Source of the DNA: a virus
Taxonomy: Duplodnaviria; Caudoviricetes
Virus record (IMG/VR): IMGVR_UViG_3300020050_012045
Span: 94,597 to 158,596 of that record
DNA: 64,000 nucleotides
Strand: one strand, 5' to 3'
Shown here: in pieces, positions 16,701 to 25,693 of the stretch
Numbering within the stretch: the stretch's first letter is position 1
How the letters are laid out: the number at the start of each line of letters is the position of its first letter
The notes under the pieces: generated by a model
The model's input: the letters and a program-made list of their open reading frames with translations, nothing else
Told to the model about the DNA's origin: nothing
Databases searched by the model: none
Translations under genes and position numbers: made by a program

Positions 16701-18436
16701 CCAGACTCTTTAAGTTCGCGGCTTAAATACTTACCCTTTTTGTAAGACTCGCCCATCGCTTCCAAGACTGGAGACGAAGACAGGTCATTAGCGCTCAGGA
16801 AGTCTGTGAACTCATTGTCTAGTTGCTCGCACTGAGCCTTGAAGCTCTTGTTGTCAATTACCTTGTGACGATCCTTTTGGATGTCCTCGACCGAACGGAA
16901 TTTCTTGGCCCCAATAGCTCTGGTAGATCCAAGGCCGTAGTTAAAGTTCTCGCCGCCACGCACTGGCTTCTTTGTGACTTCTTTAACGATATTGGACAGC
17001 GTATATGGAAGCTTACGATCCCTAGGGCCGTTGATGGTATCAACACGCTTAGGTATGTAGCGGTCACCAACCAGTTCCTTTTCTTTCGAGGCTTTCCAGT
17101 GGTCGAAGTCTTCTTTATGGGGCTCGATTAGCTTAGACACCTGTTCATTGTAGTGGTCAGGATCGTGTTCTGTTTCGCCAACCTTGTTCGCCTGAGTTAC
17201 AATGCGATCCATTGCGCCATAGTTTAATTGACCATTATCAAAAAGATAATCGTACTCTGGCGCTCTTACCAATCTCTGAACGACTTCTTCATCTAGGTCA
17301 GTGCGGTTCCCAGCAAAATTGTGACTCTCGATAGCTTTTTTAACGGCATCTGACAAAGTTTTGTGCTCTGGTGAGCCAAACACTATGTTCCGGCTCAAAG
17401 CTGGGGTGCCGCGAAGCTGTTGAACATGAGGTGATACTACCCATTCATGTCTGTCGATCTTTTTGGGTCTGGTCTGAGTAGGGACTGCAATGCCCTTCTC
17501 TTTAAGAAAAAGAGACGAGAGGACTTTGTTAGGTGTATCGCCCACGTACCTAGGGTCCGTTAACTTGCCACTTGCTAACAGGTCAGTCTCTATACCCTGA
17601 TCGGCACCGTTCTTGTCTACAAGCTTAGCGTGCTCTCTTAGGTCTCTTGCGAAGTTAGTCCACTTTTTCTCGTTGAGCGCGAACTTAGCCCGTGGATGTC
17701 TAGGCGAGTAAACATCTGCGTCAAATACGGGCACACCCTGTTTAGGGTCAACCAAGGTGTGGTCGCCAACCAGAGTAATCTCACCAAACGAAGACAAGGG
17801 GTGGTCTTTGTGAGCAATCGCAATCGATGGGGCGGCCAACCCACCAAGCTCGTGAGCATGATGAAGCCCAGCTTCGCTTAGGTTGTGGGTAACTATTAAG
17901 TTCTTCTCTGGTTCAGGCTTTGCTTTAGCCTTGACTGGTTTTGGGCCAGTTGGCTTAGCGGACAACCCAGCAACGAGCTGTGCATCTTCGGTCTTAATCA
18001 AGTCCAGGTATTCGATTGGCATCAACTGGAGCAGAACGTTGTGACCTTCTGGAATATGAAGGTTGTTGGCGATCTTAGCTGGAAGCCCATGCTTGATGTC
18101 AACGAACTTCAACGAGTCTTCAACGAACTCATCGTCCGGGTCGTTCTTGCATGATGGAACGTAGTCAGCTGGAGCTTTAACCTTGAACACATGGACAATC
18201 ATCTCGCCAGACTTGATGTGCTTACAGCCAATGTACTGGCAGTCCTCTTCAGTCAGGTCGAGGTCACCCTCTTCTTTAGCTTCACGAATAGCGGCTTCAG
18301 TTGGGGACTCATCACCTTCCATAGAGCCGGCTATGGTCGTCCAGGAAGAGTTATCCTTGCGACGCCCCCACAACATAGCGCCGTCAGGGTTAAAGACGCC
18401 GAGGCAGACGACTTGTTTTGGTTGTGAGTTTTTCAT
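13715..18436 (-). CDS. 1573-aa polyvalent protein: Nudix + polyvalent-protein domain + 2 GNAT + lytic transglycosylase-like
   Basis: Nudix box GSMEGDESPTEAAIREAKEEG; HRGKGLGKLAY and IGQGYGTLLY GNATs; NESAGG...AYGPLGMKP...ALGWRWG lysozyme-like; LIKTE, LSKSL, VLKGE, VQKGE, LAKSF, LSKSF linkers. Confidence 0.8.
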   Translation of the reverse strand: MKNSQPKQVVCLGVFNPDGAMLWGRRKDNSSWTTIAGSMEGDESPTEAAIREAKEEGDLDLTEEDCQYIGCKHIKSGEMIVHVFKVKAPADYVPSCKNDPDDEFVEDSLKFVDIKHGLPAKIANNLHIPEGHNVLLQLMPIEYLDLIKTEDAQLVAGLSAKPTGPKPVKAKAKPEPEKNLIVTHNLSEAGLHHAHELGGLAAPSIAIAHKDHPLSSFGEITLVGDHTLVDPKQGVPVFDADVYSPRHPRAKFALNEKKWTNFARDLREHAKLVDKNGADQGIETDLLASGKLTDPRYVGDTPNKVLSSLFLKEKGIAVPTQTRPKKIDRHEWVVSPHVQQLRGTPALSRNIVFGSPEHKTLSDAVKKAIESHNFAGNRTDLDEEVVQRLVRAPEYDYLFDNGQLNYGAMDRIVTQANKVGETEHDPDHYNEQVSKLIEPHKEDFDHWKASKEKELVGDRYIPKRVDTINGPRDRKLPYTLSNIVKEVTKKPVRGGENFNYGLGSTRAIGAKKFRSVEDIQKDRHKVIDNKSFKAQCEQLDNEFTDFLSANDLSSSPVLEAMGESYKKGKYLSRELKESGLDLQPHQVAKIAEFAHRLRNLPTEYFEAKPQRAVGLHEFKGAVVPHTASEHTKQLLRNMGLHVETYDSSDQATNDDGSNNQRRDAINKIAQMKALHLSDASQYKLETVTKTGIDIQPESFDEENWEDNEAPAEDLSKSLSDIPKGKKLTSTHWGPVHSYTHMLPPELVKDGYRMTVETRDFGDPGEHGIGAKIWHKAKEAGMVSGMLHFKPSVARVRFSSVDNPHRGKGLGKLAYEALLVHAKHLGIGRVKGDEHSTAASAVHQHLSQKHGMDYKPEASTVGDKQPGDFDSRFAPYEYVLKGEDLKKVGLTSEDTARRMTPHKIYGSEAQHKVETYDTNTDLGGGRIYHHVYHQPVGQSGYVSTFHELTNSPTPLAGERFASSASGTTPASQYNVDRGLPWNDEHPVVQHGETATARHLIGQGYGTLLYKQMVKTHGRMASDTHVSLGAHKTWQKLTQDPELSVKLATEPKHLHYAEYNGPKPTPISVIRGDGRSLDEQLAQPESPYETEVKSYGNRMIAHTKLKGSDENIAGIEGFVHPNKKELYALANHKGGCNFHSFDHPSAKNLAVRALEQHTGLPMGRRDEWEHPKADQVQKGENLNVIKEALRNAPEHQRSSMTDWHDMGDDALAELVCEGLLDVDHVLLNGPSSYALETLANCPDKKVSLPAKIVRGLGEDVDHVLLYDPKLVPWKYASYGFRNQYLSLAKDKLPHNVFDAACRYMKAVKPVSTRAAISVPGQLAKSFAPTTEQLLEWVVVNEPLSKSFKHQLMGLAAASILSGSVQAQPKDPIQMDQTKGFGATSADAQTVHVPGKFEAKRSWTMQGLHPELVALAGNESAGGKLWGHAAHSGGEFETAYGPLGMKPSTGLEHFVNDPTLRKIYPNIAPLSQHPLELKKNPQVQAAFLKEFQTNPHLYNTVAGKEWNRLKSVFNGNIGHSALGWRWGENGARKQIETGLTPESEKYIQDFHKHYGRVVNDRAADIISKMPQMAKVQ

Positions 18437-18445
18437 ATAATATTA

Positions 18446-19288
18446 TTAAATGGTACTCATTGACCATTTTGTTCCGAACATCATTTTCAGCTTACCACGG
18501 ATAGCGTCCAATCGCTTCTCAAGTTCAGCGATCTTCAACTGGAACCGCTGTGGGCCAGGATTTGATTGAGACTGTGACATCCCATCAATGCCCAACGAGT
18601 AGGAGCTGACTTGATACATGGCAGCAAGAGCGTTGCAGATGTCGATAGCGGCTTTACAGCCAATTGCTTGATTGACGACACGTGGAACCATACCGCCCGG
18701 AAACCCAGCGGTGTAGGTAACTTTCCATGACTGGGGAGTGAACGGTTGGCGACGAATAATATCAATCAGAAGAGCACCAGTAGATGACGACGAATTCAAA
18801 CCAGCCGAATAGACACTTGGACCAGAAGCCCAAATGTTAATCTGTCCACGAGAGTACATCCCGTCCTGAAGCCATTCTTTTGGTACTATCCATCCAACAT
18901 CATTTCCATTGGGGGTTAATGCGACTTGTTCAACAGATAGAATCGGTTTATGTTGAAGCCGGAAATAGCCAAACTGAAGCATGTGGTTTTGATCATATGG
19001 CATCCGCTCAGATCTCTGAACAGGAAAGATGTCGATACCAAAATCAAGCTCAAGCGCAGCGATAGCATCCAAAATGTGCTCTTGGACAGTTTCATCGGTC
19101 ATTCGATCAAACTGACCAGTTACCCGATTCTTAAGCGGGGCAACCAGGTCAATCCCAAGAAGGTACATCTGCTTGAGCTTTTCGACACTGATGACCGGCT
19201 GGACTCGGCTCCACTCCTGGCCATCGATTGCATTTTCTGGGAAGACGCCATTGGGGTTTGGGCGGCTGTTGTTGCTGTAATCTGCCAT
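18446..19288 (-). CDS. Head-tail adaptor/completion protein
   Basis: VTYTAGF...VPRVVNQAIG..AA...SLGIDGMSQS pattern of SPO1/Twort-type adaptor proteins. Confidence 0.75.
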   Translation of the reverse strand: MADYSNNSRPNPNGVFPENAIDGQEWSRVQPVISVEKLKQMYLLGIDLVAPLKNRVTGQFDRMTDETVQEHILDAIAALELDFGIDIFPVQRSERMPYDQNHMLQFGYFRLQHKPILSVEQVALTPNGNDVGWIVPKEWLQDGMYSRGQINIWASGPSVYSAGLNSSSSTGALLIDIIRRQPFTPQSWKVTYTAGFPGGMVPRVVNQAIGCKAAIDICNALAAMYQVSSYSLGIDGMSQSQSNPGPQRFQLKIAELEKRLDAIRGKLKMMFGTKWSMSTI

Positions 19289-19297
19289 GTGAACCTC

Positions 19298-19711
19298 TTA
19301 GCAAAATGTCTGGGACAAGGACGTAAACGAGATAGCTTGCTGAACGTTACCTCGGGTGACTTTCCCCGCTTCGTTCAGTGCCAACTGGAGCGTAAACGTC
19401 CCCTTCAATAAATCAGTAGCCAACAGCGTGATCTTCCAGATAGAGGCATCCTGGACGAACGGCTGGCTAGCCCATCGAATCACCGTTTTGGCGTCATCGA
19501 TTGATTGCAGGGTGGTTTGCAGGGTAGCGCCAGCTAACGGCATATACCGGCGAAACGCTGGAGAGAAGCCTTTGTTGGGTAAATCTTGAGATTTGTCAAC
19601 CAGTTGGATAAACAGGTCAACCGAGTCGCCCTCAGTGGCTTCTGCTGTTTGGGTATATTCAAAGGAATTGACGTTCGCAACGTCTGTCAGGATTCTAGCG
19701 CCTAAAAACAT
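19298..19711 (-). CDS. Virion structural protein (beta-sandwich-like)
   Basis: Follows late motif; beta-rich composition. Confidence 0.55.
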   Translation of the reverse strand: MFLGARILTDVANVNSFEYTQTAEATEGDSVDLFIQLVDKSQDLPNKGFSPAFRRYMPLAGATLQTTLQSIDDAKTVIRWASQPFVQDASIWKITLLATDLLKGTFTLQLALNEAGKVTRGNVQQAISFTSLSQTFC

Positions 19712-19731
19712 CTTTGGACCTCAATTTGAGG

Positions 19732-20157
19732 TTAAAGATTGTCCGTTTGGACGGGGGCCAGATACTCAGAGCCATATGGAGACGGAGCATAGGTCAGGAA
19801 TGCCTTGGTTGGGGTGATGGTATCTACCGTCCAGACGCCATTAACCTGAGATCCAGTGGTCTCAAACACGAACTCGACAGCCAGGCCGGTAGCTTCAATC
19901 TCAAGACGCTCTGGGGAGTCGTACTGGATTGCAGCTTTCAGGGTCACACGACCGTCACGGGCGGACTCTTCGTCAAAACTCAAGACGCCGACAGCGGTTT
20001 TCTGGTCAACCCCAAACAGTGGAAGTGTCGGGGTTTCAATCGACGCATTGTCAGACAGATTGAAAAAGGGGTGAGAAATAAGCGCTTGGACATTAAATGG
20101 AGCTTCTGTGCCAAAAAACTTAACGTCTGTATCTTTGAAATCTTGAACGATATCCAT
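19732..20157 (-). CDS. Hypothetical protein
   Basis: 141 aa, coupled to upstream gene. Confidence 0.55.
   Translation of the reverse strand: MDIVQDFKDTDVKFFGTEAPFNVQALISHPFFNLSDNASIETPTLPLFGVDQKTAVGVLSFDEESARDGRVTLKAAIQYDSPERLEIEATGLAVEFVFETTGSQVNGVWTVDTITPTKAFLTYAPSPYGSEYLAPVQTDNL
19733..19742 (-). promoter_or_regulatory. Putative late promoter ACAATCTTTA heading the adaptor/cargo operon
   Basis: 21 nt before ATG 19711 with GAGG RBS between. Confidence 0.65.
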
Positions 20158-20435
20158 TACTTAACTCCTGTTTCAGGTTCAGATTGTGGTAGCAAATCCT
20201 GGGATTCAACCCGAACGTTAGAATTCACAATAGCCTTAGCTTCGGCCCGAGAGTAGTATCTGCCGTCTTGGTCTACAAAGCCGCCGTCTTTGTCTGCTAA
20301 GTTCTCCAGATCGGAAGTTCCGTTAGGGAGAAGGTTGGCGTCATGAAATGTGCCGGTTGAGATAATGCGGCCATCCTTCATGAGAAATGCGGCTTTCCAA
20401 GTCTTTGGGTTGATCATTCGTTTTCCTTCAGCCAT
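20157..20435 (-). CDS. Small phage protein
   Basis: H...GFVDQDGRYYSRAEA motif common in phage proteins. Confidence 0.55.
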   Translation of the reverse strand: MAEGKRMINPKTWKAAFLMKDGRIISTGTFHDANLLPNGTSDLENLADKDGGFVDQDGRYYSRAEAKAIVNSNVRVESQDLLPQSEPETGVK

Positions 20436-20635
20436 TCGGCTTCGAGTTCGGCATCCACCTTTGGTGATGGTATCTCAAGTTCTATGATGTCGTCAACCTC
20501 TTTGGAAAGCTTCTTAAGTAGGGCTTTATCCTTGGGATGTTTGCTGGTTTTGAGGGGTTTCATTTGGTCAGCCAGGGAGGCTAAAGCTTCCTTGACGGTC
20601 ATCTTCTTAGCGAGCACTTGAGCGAACCTGTTCAT
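20414..20635 (-). CDS. Hypothetical protein
   Basis: 73 aa in continuous operon. Confidence 0.5.
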   Translation of the reverse strand: MNRFAQVLAKKMTVKEALASLADQMKPLKTSKHPKDKALLKKLSKEVDDIIELEIPSPKVDAELEAEWLKENE

Positions 20636-20643
20636 ACTTATTA

Positions 20644-20907
20644 CTAGCCTGATATGCCCTGAACTTCAAAGTCTGACAGGTCCAGATGATCGTAGGATCG
20701 ACCATCAACACCTGTGGCATTTACAAGCTGCTTCCGACCGATCTTAACTTGGCAGTTCCGGCATTGAACGTAGTCACCCCAGATGTTGGCCGTCATGGTG
20801 CCCTTGGCATCTGGAGCAAGGTTCGGGTAGCATGCGTGCGTAACACGTCCAGTAGACAGGTGTCCTTGAAAGAGATCTAAAAGATCTTGTGGAGTTGCCT
20901 TACTCAT
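20644..20907 (-). CDS. Hypothetical Zn-binding protein
   Basis: HxC...CxxC. Confidence 0.5.
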   Translation of the reverse strand: MSKATPQDLLDLFQGHLSTGRVTHACYPNLAPDAKGTMTANIWGDYVQCRNCQVKIGRKQLVNATGVDGRSYDHLDLSDFEVQGISG

Positions 20908-21604
20908 ACCTGTCCCCCAAGAAGCATTCGTCTACGAAATTGTAGATCTTTTTCTTAAAGGTATCCAAACTGCCGTAGTTGCCGATTACTCTATCAAACC
21001 AGTATTCTGAACAGCGGTCCAGAGACTTCTCTGACTCATGCTCGTTCAATGGGGGATCCTCATACCCTAAGATAAGAGCCGTTGTTGCTCCAGCTGCATT
21101 GAGGGCTAGAAGCTCGTTAGGAAATCGAACGTCAGTGATCACAACTAAACTGGCGCTGGTTGTCAGAAGGTGTTGAGCCCTTGCAAGACCAGCATTTACC
21201 CAAATGTCTTTATCCACCTTGTCACGCAGGAGGTCTGTTCCGACAAACTGGAGCACTTGGCGTGCTGTCCACTGTGGGGTAATTTGACGTACAGCGTCCA
21301 GAATGTTCTGGTAGTAATCGTGGTGGGGGTAACCTAGAGAAGCAAGGAAGTGTTCGATCTTCCGAACCGCTGTGGTCTTTGCTGCCTCACCCCAAAGGTC
21401 TCCAAGAACATGGCTGTCTCTAAGAGAGCTTGGTCCACGCAATACACTCGCAGGAATCCCAAATACGTCAGAACATAGTTCCTTCAAAGAATCGGCAAAC
21501 GCTACTTCCTTAACCTCGTTCCCCAGGTGAACACGGACACATTCAGCAGCTGTATTCTTGCCTACACCCTTACGTCCTGCGAATGCGATAATTGGGTATT
21601 TCAC
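20900..21604 (-). CDS. Deoxynucleoside monophosphate kinase
   Basis: GRKGVGKNT, FADSLK, RQVLQFVGTD, ITDVRFPNE, HESE. Confidence 0.9.
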   Translation of the reverse strand: MKYPIIAFAGRKGVGKNTAAECVRVHLGNEVKEVAFADSLKELCSDVFGIPASVLRGPSSLRDSHVLGDLWGEAAKTTAVRKIEHFLASLGYPHHDYYQNILDAVRQITPQWTARQVLQFVGTDLLRDKVDKDIWVNAGLARAQHLLTTSASLVVITDVRFPNELLALNAAGATTALILGYEDPPLNEHESEKSLDRCSEYWFDRVIGNYGSLDTFKKKIYNFVDECFLGDRYE

Positions 21605-22473
21605 AGTCCCATCCTTAATCCGGTTTTGTTGTCTGACTTGCGGCCTGTCTCACCATGCCAGAACTTACGGTATTGCACAAACGGATAATCGAACTGAGAT
21701 CGCCGGTAATCTCTCAGGGTGGTGACTTTAGCACAATGAGCAAACGGCGACCAATGTCCAGAAGCTATTAAACGGTCGTGAAGCTCGATATCCTTGGCGA
21801 TATCTCGAACACCATCATGGGTCATGTATGAAACCCTGGCGATTCTTCCGGTAGCGATTTTTAGCAGGGTGTCAATTGGTAACGACTGGCGTTCTTCGTC
21901 TGTTACCATCGGAATGTGCCAATCGCCTTGTCTAACTTTCCGGGGTACACTGGCTTCACACTGCTCCTTCATCATATCGGCAATTTTCTTGATCTCTGGC
22001 TGGGCGTCTGGATGACAACGGAGCTTGAAGAAGTTGTCCCATTCTGTGGCTGAACAAATTACCGTGTGGTACATGTAGGTTTCAAGCCCGCGACCTGCCA
22101 GCTGTTTGTGGAGTCCCATATCCAAAAGAGTCTTAGCTTGCTTGACAGCGGCGTCACGGCCTTCTAGCCATTGGCTTCTTAACGCTTCATGTTGTTCAGC
22201 GGGCAACTCCTCTGAGGCTGACATTCCAGGCTGGTTCTTACCCCAAAAGAACGGAATGAATGGATCGTCCATCACCTGTTGAATCATCTTGGCGGTAGGC
22301 TGAGCACGGGTGCTAGCTGAATTACGAACTACGGCTGAGTGTGTATTAAACTCTGCAAGGACAATACGGGGGAAGGTGACCTGGAAGGTAGTTAGGCGGA
22401 CGGTGACGGGTGCAGACCACTCTGGAACCACTAAGTACGCCGAATCTAGGAGAATTTTGCAGTCGTAACTCAT
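21601..22473 (-). CDS. thyX: FAD-dependent thymidylate synthase
   Basis: PRIVLAEFNTH...RNSASTRA, HKQ, FFKLR...AQPEI, ARVSY, GHWSPFAH. Confidence 0.9.
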   Translation of the reverse strand: MSYDCKILLDSAYLVVPEWSAPVTVRLTTFQVTFPRIVLAEFNTHSAVVRNSASTRAQPTAKMIQQVMDDPFIPFFWGKNQPGMSASEELPAEQHEALRSQWLEGRDAAVKQAKTLLDMGLHKQLAGRGLETYMYHTVICSATEWDNFFKLRCHPDAQPEIKKIADMMKEQCEASVPRKVRQGDWHIPMVTDEERQSLPIDTLLKIATGRIARVSYMTHDGVRDIAKDIELHDRLIASGHWSPFAHCAKVTTLRDYRRSQFDYPFVQYRKFWHGETGRKSDNKTGLRMGL

Positions 22474-23114
22474 TAGTAAGCGTCCTCTTCTCTGTGGTGG
22501 TCAACTGGAGCAAAGACCTTGGTAGCCATGTACTCTTTCACTTCTTGGTAGGTGAATGGGCGGTAATCCTCTGGAAGGTGACCAGGAATACCACGCTTGC
22601 GCTCCTGGAGCTTGGCCATCATGTCGACACCTACGTCCAGCTGACGTAATCCAGGATTTTCCGGGTAAGAACCGTGACTGTGACCAAACAGATCCCAAGC
22701 CCCGTGATGCATACCCTCCCAAGATCCAATAGGGAAGTGGCATAAAACCAAATGCTGAACACCCTTGGTTCTAGTCGCATCAGGATCCTGAAGTCGAAGG
22801 TTGTAGATACCCTTTTCAATGTGCTCAAAATAGTCCTTGGCCCAAGTGTCACAACGCTTGCGGATTTCGTAGTCGTGATTGCCCAAGATGATGGTCTTTC
22901 GTCCATTTAGCTTCTTCAAGATATCTTGGATCTTTGTGGCTGAGCCAAACGAGAAGTCACCAGCGATGTAGATTTGGTCATCTACCTTGACGGTTTGGTT
23001 CCAGTTGTAAATGAGAGCTTCGTTCATCTCTTCGCGGGAAGCGAATGGGCGGGAACAAAACTCTATAATTCGGGAATGCCAGAAGTGCAAATCGCTTGTA
23101 AAGTAGACAGCCAT
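22473..23114 (-). CDS. Calcineurin-like metallophosphoesterase
   Basis: SDLHF.H, GDF, GNHD, CHFP, GHSH, DVGVD. Confidence 0.9.
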   Translation of the reverse strand: MAVYFTSDLHFWHSRIIEFCSRPFASREEMNEALIYNWNQTVKVDDQIYIAGDFSFGSATKIQDILKKLNGRKTIILGNHDYEIRKRCDTWAKDYFEHIEKGIYNLRLQDPDATRTKGVQHLVLCHFPIGSWEGMHHGAWDLFGHSHGSYPENPGLRQLDVGVDMMAKLQERKRGIPGHLPEDYRPFTYQEVKEYMATKVFAPVDHHREEDAY

Positions 23115-23125
23115 GCGACACGTTA

Positions 23126-23350
23126 CTACTGATTTTTAACGCACGCAATGGCTTTTTCAGTCACGTAGCAACTAGTGTTGCGGTCACTGATTCGGTAAAC
23201 AGACAGCTCGCCACTCAGGCTCCAAGAGCGGGTGCTTGGCTCATCAGAAGTGGCTGAAGCTGAGGGCGTGAAATAGGCAAAAGCCAGCCCTGTGACCATA
23301 AACCCAAGAGCGAACCAAATCCATTCCGGAACAGCGTAGAGGTATTTCAT
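23126..23350 (-). CDS. Small exported/membrane protein
   Basis: Signal-like N-terminus, C-terminal CY...IAC. Confidence 0.5.
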   Translation of the reverse strand: MKYLYAVPEWIWFALGFMVTGLAFAYFTPSASATSDEPSTRSWSLSGELSVYRISDRNTSCYVTEKAIACVKNQ

Positions 23351-24078
23351 TGGGTGATTCCCGATGCGGCGGCGATAGCCCCGATGATAACCGATTCTGG
23401 GGAAATATATTTCGTCGAGTCGTCCTGGTTACGATACTGAGCTGTCTCTTTTGCTGCATTGAATGCTCCGGCGTCCTCGGGAGAATTCAGCATAGTATCA
23501 ATAAAAAACACAAACCCAGACGAGGCATCTACCGTGGGGGTGGGCTTGGCTAACACTTTGAACCCCCTGATATCGTACTTCTGAATCAAGCTATCCAGTA
23601 ATTCCGCCACTGCCTGAACCCCATGGATGTAGACCGGCGTTGGATCGGTCAGTTGCGCCGCTACGGATTCGCGCACCACAACCTTGAGCGGTTCGCCAAA
23701 AGTATACGGCATCGCCGAGCTAGATGACACGTTGGGGAACGGAACTTTCATTGCCGCCTGGATCATTGCGGTTACGTTCACCACTTTCGGTCTATCCTTG
23801 ATGTTAGACCGACGAACCTTTTCTTTTGTAATCAGCTCATTAACGAATCCATGGGGCAGTTTCAGCTCACCCCACACCCACAGGTCATCCAAAGCCTGCT
23901 CCGGTAGCTTAGCCATCAAGCGCTTGTCTAGGCCAGCAATCATTGAGGCAATGTCAGCTTTTGTGTCTGCTGCTAGAAGATGGCTGAATTCGTGATTGAT
24001 CTGATTCCTCCAATAAAATTTCTCCACCAATGTTAGCGACGTCTTCTCTGTGTCTAAGTCTTGATTTTCGTTGCTCAT
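23347..24078 (-). CDS. Hypothetical protein
   Basis: 243 aa with ATGA overlaps. Confidence 0.6.
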   Translation of the reverse strand: MSNENQDLDTEKTSLTLVEKFYWRNQINHEFSHLLAADTKADIASMIAGLDKRLMAKLPEQALDDLWVWGELKLPHGFVNELITKEKVRRSNIKDRPKVVNVTAMIQAAMKVPFPNVSSSSAMPYTFGEPLKVVVRESVAAQLTDPTPVYIHGVQAVAELLDSLIQKYDIRGFKVLAKPTPTVDASSGFVFFIDTMLNSPEDAGAFNAAKETAQYRNQDDSTKYISPESVIIGAIAAASGITQ

Positions 24079-25043
24079 TTCCCAAACCCTACCTTTCCAT
24101 CGTTTTCGTAGCTAGCCGACGTTGGCGTTTTGTTCATCCCACGCAATCGAGCAATAGTAGCATCAATTGTATTACCAAGACACCAAACATTTACAATTAG
24201 TTCACGAAGGTGAGCGATTGACAGCCCGTCAGTGTCCTTGACCAGCTTATCCAAGCTGATACCATCTTCTTTCAGGGTATTTCCAAGCTTGGTCTCTAAG
24301 TAGATTCGCCGAGCAGCGGCAGACGGCATCCCAATCAGTTCCACCCGGTCAAAGCGAGACGGACGGTTGGTGATGCGCTTCTCTAGGTCTTCAGGGAAGT
24401 TGGTTGTCGCAATAAAGACAACGTGAGAGATTTGAGATTCACCGTCCAGGACAGATAGAACCTCTGACTCACCGTACCGCTTAATAATGGAGTCAATATC
24501 CTCCCAAATGATTACAACCGGGCGAGTCGGCTCAACTTCACGGAACCTTTTAAGGCAAGCAGACAGAATGTTGGGGTGCTCTGCCAACATCACCAATCCA
24601 CCCATAGCAATCATGCGCTTCATGATATGGGAAAGCGTTGAACTTTTGCCCGATCCGTGAGGGCCGTGCAAAAGGTAGCCGCGTTTTTGTGAGAACCCAA
24701 ATTCCTTGAACTTCTCGCTTAACGTCCAGAACTTGCTGATTTCAGCAATGACTGATTCAGACACCGAGTCAGGGAATTCGATCAGCTTGTCGGTAACTAC
24801 CCGGCACGGAACAAACACGGTGTGACCTTCAGGGGTTATCACTGGTCGATACACCCCGGACGGCAGTTGACTGATAGTAGAGGTGGTTGGAAGGTAACCA
24901 CCACTGAACGTGCTATACTGAACCAGCGCTGACGGAACTAACTCTTCCTCTTCGGCAGCGTTGTGACCGCCTTCAAGGGGTTGGGTTCCCTCTTTTTTCT
25001 GAGGGAAGAGTTCGTCCATGAAATCATCAAGGGTGCCACTCAT
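24075..25043 (-). CDS. AAA+ ATPase
   Basis: GPHGSGKS, IIWEDID, ATTN, RPSRFD. Confidence 0.9.
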   Translation of the reverse strand: MSGTLDDFMDELFPQKKEGTQPLEGGHNAAEEEELVPSALVQYSTFSGGYLPTTSTISQLPSGVYRPVITPEGHTVFVPCRVVTDKLIEFPDSVSESVIAEISKFWTLSEKFKEFGFSQKRGYLLHGPHGSGKSSTLSHIMKRMIAMGGLVMLAEHPNILSACLKRFREVEPTRPVVIIWEDIDSIIKRYGESEVLSVLDGESQISHVVFIATTNFPEDLEKRITNRPSRFDRVELIGMPSAAARRIYLETKLGNTLKEDGISLDKLVKDTDGLSIAHLRELIVNVWCLGNTIDATIARLRGMNKTPTSASYENDGKVGFGK

Positions 25044-25693
25044 CGCTTGCCTTTGTTTTTCTTGTTGCCGCCAAACTTAGCAACCAAGCGATCGGTGAAG
25101 GTCTCTGGTGTTTGCTCGGGCTTTGAAGGGAGCAGATCGACCTCAAAGGAGGCTAGTTCTTCTTCCTCTTCTGGGGGCGGTGGAGCTACAACAGGAGCTG
25201 CGTCTGTGACATCAAACAAAACAGGCACACTGGGCTGTTCAATGTAGCTGACTTCTTCAGGGGTCAACTCACTTTGTTCTGTTGCAGTTAAGAGCAGGTC
25301 AGATCGTGGATCCTGTGCGTGCTCCAGAGCCAATTCGACGTTTGCTACCCAGCCCGCTTCTTCAAACTGAGCATACTCCATCAAAGAAATGGTTGTATAG
25401 TCCGCTGGGTGAGCAGCTGAGCTTTGTGGCAAGATAGGTAAAACCTGAGCAGTCAGAACTGCACGAAGCAGGGATGCATCTGCAAGCTTTGACTTTAGAT
25501 ATTGAACATAGGTATACAGCCGAGTCACAGCCTCTGAGCCCTTGGGTGGACCAACTGGACTGTATTTAGCGAACTCGTCACGGAAGTTAACATCCAGATT
25601 CATGGACGTTGCCAACTCTTCCTCCGTCATCCCGAGGTCTTTAACGAGTTCGGTCAGGTAATACCCAGCGGAGGCGTAGTTAAAGTCAGTCAT
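25040..25693 (-). CDS. Acidic hypothetical protein
   Basis: 217 aa, coupled. Confidence 0.55.
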   Translation of the reverse strand: MTDFNYASAGYYLTELVKDLGMTEEELATSMNLDVNFRDEFAKYSPVGPPKGSEAVTRLYTYVQYLKSKLADASLLRAVLTAQVLPILPQSSAAHPADYTTISLMEYAQFEEAGWVANVELALEHAQDPRSDLLLTATEQSELTPEEVSYIEQPSVPVLFDVTDAAPVVAPPPPEEEEELASFEVDLLPSKPEQTPETFTDRLVAKFGGNKKNKGKR

